Assembly (NCBI GenBank): GCA_016840165.1
Contig: JAEOSU010000041.1
Coordinates: 1 to 56,220, forward strand
Origin: Promethearchaeota archaeon
Lineage (GTDB): Archaea; Asgardarchaeota; Lokiarchaeia; Sigyniarchaeales; SOKP01
Length of the DNA stretch: 56,220 bases
Reading direction: 5' to 3'
Shown here: piece by piece, positions 19,063 through 29,393 of the stretch
How positions within the stretch are numbered: position 1 is the first letter of the stretch
Layout of the letters: each line of letters begins with the position of its first letter
Notes under the pieces: generated by a model
Told to the model about the DNA's origin: nothing
Databases searched by the model: none
What the model saw: only the letters and a program-made list of their open reading frames with translations
Made by a program: the position numbers and the translations under genes

Positions 19063-19533
19063 ATGGAAGTTGTAAAATTACCAGAGATGAATGAGAAAGA
19101 GATTAAAGAAGCTCTTCAGAGTAATCATTTATGTAGGATTGCGTTTATCGATGAGGATTATCCCTATATTTCCCCATTTCAATATGCATATATAAACGAG
19201 CGAATGTATTTTCACTTCACAGATTATGGAAAGAAAATGAGAATTATTGAACAAAATAATCATGTGTGTGTCTCTATTGAGAATTTTGAACACGATTTAA
19301 AGAAGTACTATTTCATTTCCCTGCAAGGGGAACTAATTGCTGTCAAAGATGATGAAGAAAAGAAACAAGTACTTTTAAAGATGATTTCCGATGCAAAGGA
19401 TAAATACTCACGAAATTTCCTTGCAGCTCATGGGTTTAATAAAGAAAAAGGGTGGGATGCATTCGAATTAAAAAATCAACTAATTTATACTCTATTACAG
19501 AAAAAGAAAGCAATCGGATTAAAGTCCGCATGA
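19063..19533 (+). CDS. Pyridoxamine 5'-phosphate oxidase-like / NimA family flavin-binding protein
   Basis: CRIAF....PYISP..Y......YFH....GKK...I..N..VC. Confidence 0.85.
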   Translation: MEVVKLPEMNEKEIKEALQSNHLCRIAFIDEDYPYISPFQYAYINERMYFHFTDYGKKMRIIEQNNHVCVSIENFEHDLKKYYFISLQGELIAVKDDEEKKQVLLKMISDAKDKYSRNFLAAHGFNKEKGWDAFELKNQLIYTLLQKKKAIGLKSA

Positions 19534-19616
19534 AAATTATCATTAGACAACCTTAGATTAAGATTTATGATTTATAAAGTAATATTTTTTAAATTACATA
19601 TCTATATGCTATTATA

Positions 19617-20483
19617 ATGACGTCGCAAATGAATAAACCTTTATTGGTGGATAATAAAGGGGTTATCAAGGAAGAGGTTAATCTCCAGTATCATTGGTAT
19701 CTCTTCTTATTCTTTATTGTATATTTAACTTCATTTTTACTTCCGAGTAGTATTTTTATGTTTTATATCTGGTATGCCTTTCTGCCTAACTTTTTAAAAG
19801 TATCAAACATCATCTCGGTTTTTACCAATTGGAATTCACTCTTATCCTTGTTATTTATGCCAGGAATCATCTTGGCTTGTTATATAATTCATTTATTTTT
19901 TATCGCATTTACCACACGGTGGATGTGGGCAATCACTGAACGGAAATCTCCCAGTAAAGACGGGATAATCCCTCGAAATATTCCCAGTAAAACGCTAAAC
20001 TATTATCACATCCGTTCATTCATGATTAAATACCCAAAATATGTTTTTAGTAAAGGGCTTTTTCCTTGGCTTTTAAAATGGCTCTATAATTTCGTAGGAA
20101 CAAACAAAATTGGAAAAGGAACTACACTTGAAGAGGAGGTTGGGGCTGATAAGCTCGTAGAGATCGGTGATAACTCTTATATTGGAGTAAACACTATTAT
20201 TACCTCTCATGTAGTTGAGGGAATATTTGGCAATATTTCATATTTTAAAGTTAAGTTAGGAAACAATGTGACTTGTGGAGGGATGAATGGTTTTGGTCCA
20301 GGATCTATTTCAAAAGACAATGCATACTTACTACCTTTTGCGACGGCAGGGAAATATCATCAGCTTAAGGGGGATAATTATTATTTTGGAATTCCCATCC
20401 GTAAAATTTTCCCTAAAAAAGTTATGGATTATTTAAAGCTTACTCCAGAAGATCTAAGAAAAAATAAGGATAAGGATGATTAA
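19617..20483 (+). CDS. Two-TM + left-handed beta-helix protein, type A, cassette 2
   Basis: Paralog of 16310-17245: NLQYHWY, SPSKDGIIPRNIPSKTLNYYH, SH.VEGIFGNISY. Confidence 0.85.
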   Translation: MTSQMNKPLLVDNKGVIKEEVNLQYHWYLFLFFIVYLTSFLLPSSIFMFYIWYAFLPNFLKVSNIISVFTNWNSLLSLLFMPGIILACYIIHLFFIAFTTRWMWAITERKSPSKDGIIPRNIPSKTLNYYHIRSFMIKYPKYVFSKGLFPWLLKWLYNFVGTNKIGKGTTLEEEVGADKLVEIGDNSYIGVNTIITSHVVEGIFGNISYFKVKLGNNVTCGGMNGFGPGSISKDNAYLLPFATAGKYHQLKGDNYYFGIPIRKIFPKKVMDYLKLTPEDLRKNKDKDD

Positions 20484-20486
20484 GAG

Positions 20487-21386
20487 ATGACAAAAGATCA
20501 ACAAGCAGGCAATGACCCAGATTTAACCATAGATTTTATAACTAGTAGTGCGATAGGTCGAATTAATCTAAGATTCCTCTTAATTTACATTCCTGTTTTC
20601 TGGTTAGGAGGGCTAACTGTTATGATCTATGCCGTATCTTTTGTTCCAAAAGTAAATATTTGGATTGGTTCATTATTATATTTACCAGCTTCAATATTTT
20701 TTATGATTTGTTTATTTATATTTGGCTGCGTATTTTTCTCTAAATTATTTCTTATACTGATAAATTTACTCCACAAACCTAAAGAGGGTATCTTCAAAGC
20801 AGAAAAAGGAAATAGAGAATTTGAGTTTTGGCAAATTCGTATTCAGCTAAAAAAGATAGCTATTTGGCTATTAAATAATTGTCCGTTACCTTGGATGAAC
20901 ACTTTGGCTTTTCGATGGTTTGGAGTCAAGGTTGATTTCTCAAGTCATATGATCGATGCTTGGGTGGACACAGAGTTTATCAGTTTCGGAAGAAAGGTTA
21001 TGGTTGGTCAAGGAGCAGTGGTTATGAGTTCTATGATATTAGGAAAATATCTAATCATAAAGAGAGTATATTTAGACGACTATACAGTAGTTGGGGGTCA
21101 AACTTCTGTCTCACCAGGCACTATTATCGGTCAAGACACCGTTCTTGGAGCACTTTCTACCACAACCTTCAATCAGGTTTTAGAACAGAGTTGGCTTTAC
21201 TTTGGTTTCCCAGCTAAAAAACTTAAAGTAAATAAATATGCTGAAGTGAAGCCAGAGGCTATAAAAAGGATTGACGTAGATAATGCGATAGCATATGATG
21301 TCAAATTCGATATAAATATCGATGAAGACAAAAAAGATTTAATTAATAATCATAATAATAAAGATAAATTTAAAGAGGAGAAATAG
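20487..21386 (+). CDS. Two-TM + left-handed beta-helix protein, type B, cassette 2
   Basis: Paralog of 17242-18168: TSSAI.RIN, HKPKEGIFKA, DFSSH..DAWVD, INIDEDKK. Confidence 0.85.
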   Translation: MTKDQQAGNDPDLTIDFITSSAIGRINLRFLLIYIPVFWLGGLTVMIYAVSFVPKVNIWIGSLLYLPASIFFMICLFIFGCVFFSKLFLILINLLHKPKEGIFKAEKGNREFEFWQIRIQLKKIAIWLLNNCPLPWMNTLAFRWFGVKVDFSSHMIDAWVDTEFISFGRKVMVGQGAVVMSSMILGKYLIIKRVYLDDYTVVGGQTSVSPGTIIGQDTVLGALSTTTFNQVLEQSWLYFGFPAKKLKVNKYAEVKPEAIKRIDVDNAIAYDVKFDINIDEDKKDLINNHNNKDKFKEEK

Positions 21387-21390
21387 AAAT

Positions 21391-22308
21391 TTGTCGGTAC
21401 CTTGTTCACTACGCGTAGGACCTTTTACAAGTAATATATTGCTAAAGAAACGGTTTATAGCTATTTATATCGCAATAATATGGCTCAGCTTTATACCGGT
21501 GTTAATGGAATTGTGGCTTTATTGGCAGCTATTGTGGAGTGAGACAAATGCTCTTTATTTTTATTTATTTTTACCTCTTTTTGGACTTTTAGCGTACGTT
21601 TCACTGGTCTTTAGCGGATTATTTGTTGCAAAAATATTTCTCATTGTAATAAATGCCAATCATTCCCCGAAAGAAGGTATTTTCGAGCGTTCTTATTCAG
21701 ATAAAGACTATCGCTATTGGAATATTCGTTTAATCGTAAAAAAATATCCTATATGGATAGCTCATAAATTTCCATTTCCATTTTTGGATAATATATGTCT
21801 CAGGTTATTTGGAACGAAAACTGGATTTGGAAATTCGTTATTTGAAGGATGGGTGGACACAGAGTTTATTGAATTCGGAAAGAATGTTATAGTGGGACAA
21901 GCTAGTATCATACAATCATCAGTTGTTATTGGAAATCTCTTAATTGTCAAGAAAGTAATCATCAAAGATAATGTTAAGATTGGTGCTCACTCTGTTGTTA
22001 TGCCAGGCACAATAATCGAAGAGAATTGTATACTTGCTGCCCATTCATTAACTACTGTTGATCAACATCTTGAAAAGGACTGGATTTATGTAGGAATTCC
22101 CTGTGAGAAATACAAAATCAATGGTTTTAACCAGGATGGCTTAGAAGAACTTATTAATTTAAATATTGATATAGACGGCATTCGAGAAAAATATGAAAAA
22201 TTATATGAGAGGGGAGAACGTATTCACGTAGGGTTGCTTCAACGCAAAAAGGAAAAGGAAGAAAAAATTCAGCAAGAAAAACAAAGATGGCAAAAAGTAC
22301 CCACTTAA
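21391..22308 (+). CDS. Two-TM + left-handed beta-helix protein, type C, cassette 2
   Basis: Paralog of 18172-19023: KDYRYW, HKFPFPFLDNIC, NSLFEGWVDTEF. Confidence 0.85.
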   Translation: MSVPCSLRVGPFTSNILLKKRFIAIYIAIIWLSFIPVLMELWLYWQLLWSETNALYFYLFLPLFGLLAYVSLVFSGLFVAKIFLIVINANHSPKEGIFERSYSDKDYRYWNIRLIVKKYPIWIAHKFPFPFLDNICLRLFGTKTGFGNSLFEGWVDTEFIEFGKNVIVGQASIIQSSVVIGNLLIVKKVIIKDNVKIGAHSVVMPGTIIEENCILAAHSLTTVDQHLEKDWIYVGIPCEKYKINGFNQDGLEELINLNIDIDGIREKYEKLYERGERIHVGLLQRKKEKEEKIQQEKQRWQKVPT

Positions 22309-22314
22309 TTTCTC

Positions 22315-23208
22315 ATGAAAATTGGATATCCGTGTATTAATCTCTCCATGGACTGCCGTAGTAGTCGAACTTTTCGCTTGAAAAATTATTCCGAATCCAA
22401 ACTTATTGAGACTGTGAAAGGAAATTTGGATTGTTTACAAAAGATTCTTGAATATAATCTTGATCATAATTTGTATTTCTTTCGTATAACTTCTGACTTA
22501 ATCCCTTTTGCGTCTCATCCTATTATGAAATTTGACTGGCAGGATTATTTTAAAAATGAATTTCGCAAAATTGGTTCATTTATAAAAAAGCATGACATGA
22601 GAATTACTATGCACCCAGGACAGTATACTGTATTGAACTCAATAAATAACCGAGTATTTCAAAATAGTATAAAAGATTTGGAATACCATGTTGAAGTACT
22701 CGATCTTATGGGATTAGATAAAACGGCAAAAGTACAAATACACGTGGGGGGAATATATGGGGAGAGAGAAAAAAGCCTCCAAAGATATATTTCAAGATAC
22801 AAGATTCTGCAGAATAATATTAAGAAGCGATTGATAATTGAAAATGATGATAAGAGCTATAATTTGAAGGAATGTTTGAGAATTCATGATAAAACGCAGA
22901 TCCCTATTGTATTTGATGTTTATCATCATGAATGTTTAAATTCAGGTGAATCAATAAATCAAGCATTTGAGATTTTTATCAAAACATGGCCCCCAGAGGA
23001 TGGAATACCAATTGTTCATTATAGTTCAGAACACCCTTTAAAGGGAAAACCTGGACATGCAGAACATATTAATATGAATGATTTTAAAAACTTTCTTGAT
23101 AAAACAAGTAATTTTGATTTCGATATTATGTTAGAAATTAAGGATAAGGAAAAAAGTGCTTTGAAAGCATTTGAAACTTTAAGAACAGATCCACGTTTTT
23201 TCAGATAG
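22315..23208 (+). CDS. uvsE: UV DNA damage endonuclease
   Basis: MKIGYPCIN, FRITSDLIPFASHP, MHPGQY..LNS, IHVGG.YG, IENDD, FD.YHH, DIMLE.K.KE. Confidence 0.95.
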   Translation: MKIGYPCINLSMDCRSSRTFRLKNYSESKLIETVKGNLDCLQKILEYNLDHNLYFFRITSDLIPFASHPIMKFDWQDYFKNEFRKIGSFIKKHDMRITMHPGQYTVLNSINNRVFQNSIKDLEYHVEVLDLMGLDKTAKVQIHVGGIYGEREKSLQRYISRYKILQNNIKKRLIIENDDKSYNLKECLRIHDKTQIPIVFDVYHHECLNSGESINQAFEIFIKTWPPEDGIPIVHYSSEHPLKGKPGHAEHINMNDFKNFLDKTSNFDFDIMLEIKDKEKSALKAFETLRTDPRFFR

Positions 23209-23333
23209 TAAAATCTATAATAGTTATATAATATAATTTGCTAAGTACTTTCTGGATTAACAATTGACTTTAAAATAAAAAATATAGCTAAAAATCATCT
23301 TGATTCCCTTTTTATTTGAAAAATATATAAAAT

Positions 23334-23723
23334 ATGGTAATTCTTAGATATATTATAATGAGTCAATCTTTTGATAATTTACTCCAATTTCTTAAGAAAG
23401 TTCCTTCAATATTTGGTTCACTAAGTAATGGTATCAAAGAGGGGTTATGGTGGGTGAAATTTAGAATAGATATACAACACCCTTTAGCTTGGAATGTCAT
23501 TCAAGAATTTGGATACGTACTTAATGATTTATCCTTAAAAGAAAAATTACCTACTGTTTTCATGCCTATTTCGCCACCTCCATATATGAATGGAGGGCCT
23601 TATGAGTTTTTATCTTGGGTGATTGAATCCAAATCTAAAGAGTTTACTCCAAATGATGCTGTGGATTGGTTAAAAAATCGGTTACCAGATCCTGTCAATA
23701 ATATAAAAAAGTGGAAAGTTTAG
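23334..23723 (+). CDS. Conserved hypothetical protein
   Basis: Conserved-looking core WWVKF.IDI.HPLAW.V.QE.G.VLN.LS..E.LPTVF.P.SPPPY.NGGP..FLSWVIE. Confidence 0.75.
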   Translation: MVILRYIIMSQSFDNLLQFLKKVPSIFGSLSNGIKEGLWWVKFRIDIQHPLAWNVIQEFGYVLNDLSLKEKLPTVFMPISPPPYMNGGPYEFLSWVIESKSKEFTPNDAVDWLKNRLPDPVNNIKKWKV

Positions 23724-23827
23724 GAATAATTAAGATGATAAAAAATAAGCTTATTTAATTTCTATAGATATCCACGTTCTATTCATTCTATTTAGATAAA
23801 TTCCTTTTTTTATTTTATTTTTCATTG

Positions 23828-25459
23828 TTATTGCAAGACGTAGAGAGGCCATTTTTTTAGAATTCCTTTTGGTATTTCTCCAGATTTTACCTTCTTTAAC
23901 TTAATTTCGCGAGATTCCCAAAAATCAACTGGTTGATCATCAATCAATTCGATCATAATTGTATTACCTTCAAATAACTGATGAAAATCCACCATATCTT
24001 TGCTTTCTGTTATATTATCTTTAATAATTTTTGCATTCTGGCAAGAAGAGCTGTAAGGTAAAATGAGTCTATATTTATCCTTTTTGTTATTTTGAGATAT
24101 TAATAGCATCGAATCGGTTTTGAACTCACAATTTTCTTTTAAAAAAAACAAAAGCTTTCGAGGTTCTTTAATATCAAATGTGTTAAATGTAAAAAAATCG
24201 CCCGCATAGAGATCAAAAGAACGAGGAGTCATAATTTTATTAGATAATTTAATAGGATATTGCAATTTAAAACTTGATCGTAGAATTTTTCCTTCAATAA
24301 GAGGGAGTCCATTTTTATTATCTAAAATAGAAATTACATCCCCTAAATCAATATTAATAAGGGCGTCTTTCTCATCCATTCTGGAAACAAATAGTTTTCC
24401 ATATCCCGAGGTTATCTGAGATATTGGGTAAACCTTGGACTTTATTTCTAATGCAGCTATTGAGAGGGGAAAGACAAACATATCGTTAAAATGAGTATTA
24501 ATATAATCTTTTTTAGCAATACTGGCAGCAAAGGGTCCTATCTCTGAAATTACATAAAGATTGGTAAATTTTTCTTTTCCTTTTTCCCAGTTCATAAAGT
24601 TTCGAATTAGATTCCAATTATCTTCTGAGAGTGAACTAATACTAAATACTATTGTGGCATCTGATAATTTTTTTGAGAGTCTTTCTTGAATGATTCTAGA
24701 AGCCTCCTCAAGACCCTTTTTTTTAATAATAGTAATTAACTCCTGTAATGCAGGATCAGGGTTCTCTGGGATTCTTTGGAGAGATGCAGCGATCCCAACC
24801 TTGAGTTTATCCTGATTTGCCCAACCAAGTATAGTTAATGCAGGTGCGGAAACTACTGCAATATTCTCTAATTGGAGCATTTTAGCGATTACTTCTAAAT
24901 TCTTTGCATTTTTATACTCATAAAATAGATATGAACGTGGTTTAACTACTGAGAGCATTATCCTTTGAGAAAATTCGGATGAATATAAGGAGATATAATC
25001 TTGTCCATTAGAAGTTTGCAAGCCATCATACTTTATTCTAGAGGGCACAAAAATTATTGCAGATTTTTTGTTTGTTAATCCACTTGATTCAAAAATAGCT
25101 TGCATCCCTGGAGCCCAGTTTCTTTCGACGACCTCCTTCGACATAAAGAACCATTTAAGTGCAGATAATTTGCTATTGGTCGTTCCAGAAGTATGGCAAA
25201 CGGTAGGAATGAATGAGTTATCATAATTTTTGAGGAAATTTTCTAAATTGAGTGAAAAATGTCTACTTTGTGTTTTAACTCTTTTAATTTTATCAAAAAG
25301 ATCACTTACTGAATCTAATCCTGAATTTTTCAAGCATGCTTCTTCAAATTCTTGAGGAGAGAGCAGTTCAAGCCATTTCTTCCAATTAAGTGGTGAAATA
25401 TCACCAAAATTATCATTTAAAATATCTTGAACATTTGTATCGAAATCGAATTTAGTCAT
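23828..25459 (-). CDS. GH3/PaaK/LuxE-like adenylate-forming (ANL superfamily) enzyme
   Basis: P-loop-like HTSGTT....K, Y..SE.G (NLYVISEIG) and LGDV (IDLGDVI) in the order seen in GH3 acyl-amido synthetases. Confidence 0.65.
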   Translation of the reverse strand: MTKFDFDTNVQDILNDNFGDISPLNWKKWLELLSPQEFEEACLKNSGLDSVSDLFDKIKRVKTQSRHFSLNLENFLKNYDNSFIPTVCHTSGTTNSKLSALKWFFMSKEVVERNWAPGMQAIFESSGLTNKKSAIIFVPSRIKYDGLQTSNGQDYISLYSSEFSQRIMLSVVKPRSYLFYEYKNAKNLEVIAKMLQLENIAVVSAPALTILGWANQDKLKVGIAASLQRIPENPDPALQELITIIKKKGLEEASRIIQERLSKKLSDATIVFSISSLSEDNWNLIRNFMNWEKGKEKFTNLYVISEIGPFAASIAKKDYINTHFNDMFVFPLSIAALEIKSKVYPISQITSGYGKLFVSRMDEKDALINIDLGDVISILDNKNGLPLIEGKILRSSFKLQYPIKLSNKIMTPRSFDLYAGDFFTFNTFDIKEPRKLLFFLKENCEFKTDSMLLISQNNKKDKYRLILPYSSSCQNAKIIKDNITESKDMVDFHQLFEGNTIMIELIDDQPVDFWESREIKLKKVKSGEIPKGILKKWPLYVLQ

Positions 25460-25528
25460 TCACTCTTTTACCACAGAAATTGTTATTCTATATAGTATTA
25501 TTATTGCTTTTATTAATTAAGCTTATAA

Positions 25529-26110
25529 TCAAAAAGTAAAAAGAAAATAAAATGGAATGGTACTAAGGTAGATAGTGTGTATTACTATACCATATTCCCC
25601 GGTTAGTCCATCTTGGAATAGTGGTAAATGCGGAGGAAAATACGTGAACAAGATAAAAAGTAGCCCAATAATAACCAATCCTACTAGCGAGACTATCGAC
25701 ACTGACTTTTTTAATCGCTTCATTGTAAGAATTTTATAGCTTACAAACTGTGCTAGGACAACTGCGAGGCCAAAACTTAGAATGTCAAGAAATAAGACCT
25801 CTTCACCTAAAATTGGTGTATATGAGTAAAAGAACACTATAATGAACACAATAATCACTAAAGAAGCCGCTAATTTAGCGAGAAAAATGTTTTTAGCTTC
25901 ATCTTTAATGAAATTATATTGAATTAAAGTAAAAAATATTAATGGCCAGTATCCTAATTTTAGATGCTCCCACACACTCTCATTTACTGCTGCTATTGCA
26001 CCAATTGGAGCCCAATATCCTGTAAGTTCGAATAGGAAATGCATAAACGAGCCGAGGAATAGTATAAAGAACATACCACCAATTTCCCAGTATAAAATTT
26101 TTTTATTCAT
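25529..26110 (-). CDS. DUF6512-like membrane protein
   Basis: LGS..HF.FE......AVNESVWEHLKL...P, FTYFPPHLPLFQD..TG.YG. Confidence 0.75.
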   Translation of the reverse strand: MNKKILYWEIGGMFFILFLGSFMHFLFELTGYWAPIGAIAAVNESVWEHLKLGYWPLIFFTLIQYNFIKDEAKNIFLAKLAASLVIIVFIIVFFYSYTPILGEEVLFLDILSFGLAVVLAQFVSYKILTMKRLKKSVSIVSLVGLVIIGLLFILFTYFPPHLPLFQDGLTGEYGIVIHTIYLSTIPFYFLFTF

Positions 26111-26298
26111 CTTAGTATCACAGATTTGATTAATTTAAAAGGGAATATGAATCGTAAAATTTAATCAAATTGGTTAGAGATTATAAATAATCTTGCCATA
26201 ACACCTTTTTAAGGTCTGCAAATTAGTCTGGTACTTTATAATTTATGAGACATAATCTTAGTAATTACTTTTAAAAGTATAAAAAAAATCAATAATTA

Positions 26299-27321
26299 TT
26301 GCTTATTATGAAAGCAGCAGTCTTTAATGGAAATGATTTAGTAATTAAAAATGTAGATACTCCAACTTTAACTCCATCCCAAGTCTTAATTCAAGTAAAA
26401 GCTGTTGGGTTATGTGGTACTGATTTAGCTATTATTGAAGGTCATCTACCAACTCCTACTCCAATTATTATTGGACATGAATTTTCAGGCATCATCGTAG
26501 AAGTGGGTGAAAGTGTAGATTCAGCATGGATTGGAAAGCGAGTTGTTTCTGAAATTAATAGCAATATTGACTTTTCGTGCTATTATTGTGAAAGGAATAT
26601 TTTTACTCAATGTATATCGAGGAAAGCTATAGGAATCGATATTGATGGAGCATTAGCAGAATATATCGCTATTGAGTCCTATTTAGTTCATGAAATCTCA
26701 GATTCTCTCTCATTAAATGACGCAACATTTGTCGAACCATTAGCTGCTGCTTACCAGACGTTCGAGATGATGCCTTTAGAAGATGATGATAAAACTATTG
26801 CTATTTTTGGTCTAGGGAAATTAGGCTTATTAATCCTCCAAATTGCAGTATTTAAAAATTTTAAAGTTATCGCTATTGACGGATCTGAAAAAAAATTAAG
26901 ATTAGCTGAAGAATTCGGAGCATCAAAACTAATTAATCGTTTAGCAGTCAATAATATTTCTCAAAAGATCAGAGAATCCACGAATGGTTTAGGTGCAGAT
27001 ATAGTCATTGACTGCAGTGGGAATCCAAATGCTCTCGTTAATGTTGTTTCATCATGTAGGACACGAGGAAAGATTCATATAAAAAGTACTCATGGATTAG
27101 GCACTCCACTAGACTTAACTGATTTAGTGGTAAGAGAGATAACTATATACACAAGTAGATGTGGACCATTTAGAAAAGCAATTGAAGGATTGGAAAAAAA
27201 CCATGTTTCTGTAAAAGAGTTAATTTCGGATATATATAAATTTGAAAAGATCAAAGATGCTTTTGCTAACTATAAAAAGGATCGAGATATAATAAAAATT
27301 ATCATCTCATTTGAAAGTTGA
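26299..27321 (+). CDS. Zinc-dependent medium-chain alcohol dehydrogenase (threonine/sorbitol dehydrogenase-like)
   Basis: GLCGTD, GHEFSG, EPLAAA, GLGKLG and SRCGPF motifs. Confidence 0.9.
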   Translation: MLIMKAAVFNGNDLVIKNVDTPTLTPSQVLIQVKAVGLCGTDLAIIEGHLPTPTPIIIGHEFSGIIVEVGESVDSAWIGKRVVSEINSNIDFSCYYCERNIFTQCISRKAIGIDIDGALAEYIAIESYLVHEISDSLSLNDATFVEPLAAAYQTFEMMPLEDDDKTIAIFGLGKLGLLILQIAVFKNFKVIAIDGSEKKLRLAEEFGASKLINRLAVNNISQKIRESTNGLGADIVIDCSGNPNALVNVVSSCRTRGKIHIKSTHGLGTPLDLTDLVVREITIYTSRCGPFRKAIEGLEKNHVSVKELISDIYKFEKIKDAFANYKKDRDIIKIIISFES

Positions 27322-27515
27322 ATCAAATACGTCTAATCTTTCCGTAATTTTCATAAGCTTGAGAATATAATCTACGTTTTAGCGGGGATCTCATCAAAAA
27401 AACAGGCTTTTTTTTATCAATATAAGTTTAAAAGATAAAAAACATAACTATTAAAATAAAATATAAACCGAAAATCAATTTGATTTAAAGAGTAATAAAA
27501 AAAATATTTGATCAA

Positions 27516-29393
27516 TTGATATTTATGACAAAACAAGATATTGCTTATGAGCAACCTTCTGTAGTGAATCCCCCTAAAGAAGTAATGAGAGAAGATATAA
27601 ACATGCAATATTCTCTTTATATAACAGTATTCCTATTGATCTATTACGGATCATGGCTCATTCCAGGAATCGCTTTTTTCACCTATGTATTAAATTTCTT
27701 TGTACCATACTTTTTAGAAGTGAGTAATTTCTTCTCCTTGTTTACTGACTTATATTCATTAATAATGTTAGTTACCTTTCCATTGGTGTTAATTGGGTGC
27801 TATTTGATACGACTTCTTTTCATTGGAATTATAACCCGAATTTTTTGGAGGATAACCGAAAAAGTTTCACCATCTAAATCGGGTATAATCCCACGTAATA
27901 TTCGTAGTAAGACAGCGAACTATTATCATTTACGTTCATTCATGATAAAATACGGAAAAAACGTATTCACCAAGGGGGCATTTCCCTGGTTATCAAATTG
28001 GTTTTTTCGATTTGTAGGTTCAGCCAAAATAGGAAAAAAAACCACGATAGAAGAATCAGTAGGTAATGATAAGTTTTATGATATCGGAAATAATTGTTAT
28101 CTCGGTGTAAATTCAACATTAGCCAGTCATTTAGTTCAAGGAATCTTTGGCAACATATCATATTTTGAAATAAAGGTGGAGGATAATGTAACAACTGCTG
28201 GGATGAACCAGCTTGGACCAGGCTGTGAACTTCATGATAACACATATCTATTACCCTTAGCTTCCACGAGTAAACACAGCATTTTAAAAGGCGGACATAA
28301 TTATTACTTCGGGATTCCTCTTCGAAAAATCTTTAAAAAGAAAATTATGGAATATTTAGGAATCACAAGAAAGGATATCGAAAGAAACGAGAATCTTGAA
28401 CAGGCAATTAAAGAGCTTGAAGCAAAGAAAAAGAAGAAAGTGAAAGAGGAGGACAAAAGTGAATTAATAGAGGAAATCGAGGAATCAGAAGAAGATGAAG
28501 ATGAGGATGAGGAAGAAATTGAGGTTAACGAAGAGCTTAAAGAAGAGGAACTTAATATTGATTTCACAACGAGCAGTGCGATTAGTAGAATAAATTTAAA
28601 GTTTTTAGCGGTATACTTACCTATATTTTGGCTAGCAGGGTTGACGATATGTATTTATTGGTATGAGTATACTAAAGAGGGTGTTGAATTATCTACTCTT
28701 TTGTTTTTACCCATTTCTATCCTTTTTATGATTTATATCTTTATTTTCGCTTGTTTACTTTTCAGCAAGTTGATCTTAATTTTAATTAATTTAATTCATA
28801 AACCAAAGGAGGGAATATTTTTAGCAGAAATCGGTGATACGGATTTTGAGTTCTGGAAGGCAAGAACAGAGATAAAAAAGATAGTTCTATGGTTATTACG
28901 CAATTCTCCTTTAACTTGGCTAGACATGCTCGCTTTTAAAGCGTTAGGATTAAAAATGGATTCAGGAAGTCACCTCAATGATGCTTGGTGTGATGCTGAA
29001 TTCGTAGATATAGGTCGTAAGGTTTTAATAGGGCAAGGAGCAACTGTGATGTCGTCGATGGTAATTGGGAAATATTTAATTATAAAGAAGGTTATTTTTG
29101 ACGACTATTCGATGGTAGGTGGCCACACAACCATAGCCCCAGGTACGATAATCGGGCATGATAGCGTAATTGGCGCTGTAAGTTCAACATCCTATTGTCA
29201 AGTGTTAAAAGACAAATGGATATACTTTGGATTTCCTGCCATACCTCTAAAAGAAAATAAGTATGCGGAGGAAAGAAGGGATCTTATTATTAAACGAGAT
29301 GTAGATGACGAAAAGAAGTTTGAAATGGACCACGATGTTAATGTTGATGAAGACAAGAAGGATCTAATAAAACTTAAGGAGGATGAGGAGTAA
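27516..29393 (+). CDS. Fused type A + type B two-TM/left-handed beta-helix protein, cassette 3
   Basis: N-half matches type A (GIIPRNIRSKT, SHLVQGIFGNISY) and C-half matches type B (FTTSSAISRIN, HKPKEGIF, NVDEDKK). The halves are joined by a Lys/Glu/Asp-rich linker. Confidence 0.87.
   Translation: MIFMTKQDIAYEQPSVVNPPKEVMREDINMQYSLYITVFLLIYYGSWLIPGIAFFTYVLNFFVPYFLEVSNFFSLFTDLYSLIMLVTFPLVLIGCYLIRLLFIGIITRIFWRITEKVSPSKSGIIPRNIRSKTANYYHLRSFMIKYGKNVFTKGAFPWLSNWFFRFVGSAKIGKKTTIEESVGNDKFYDIGNNCYLGVNSTLASHLVQGIFGNISYFEIKVEDNVTTAGMNQLGPGCELHDNTYLLPLASTSKHSILKGGHNYYFGIPLRKIFKKKIMEYLGITRKDIERNENLEQAIKELEAKKKKKVKEEDKSELIEEIEESEEDEDEDEEEIEVNEELKEEELNIDFTTSSAISRINLKFLAVYLPIFWLAGLTICIYWYEYTKEGVELSTLLFLPISILFMIYIFIFACLLFSKLILILINLIHKPKEGIFLAEIGDTDFEFWKARTEIKKIVLWLLRNSPLTWLDMLAFKALGLKMDSGSHLNDAWCDAEFVDIGRKVLIGQGATVMSSMVIGKYLIIKKVIFDDYSMVGGHTTIAPGTIIGHDSVIGAVSSTSYCQVLKDKWIYFGFPAIPLKENKYAEERRDLIIKRDVDDEKKFEMDHDVNVDEDKKDLIKLKEDEE

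Noticed and set aside
16310-22308. Cassette repetition as an assembly duplication
   Set aside because: The copies differ extensively at protein and DNA level and have different neighbours, so they are genuine paralogs.
28304-28567. Poly-Ser ORF on the minus strand
   Set aside because: Antisense shadow of the Glu/Asp-rich linker in 27516-29393.
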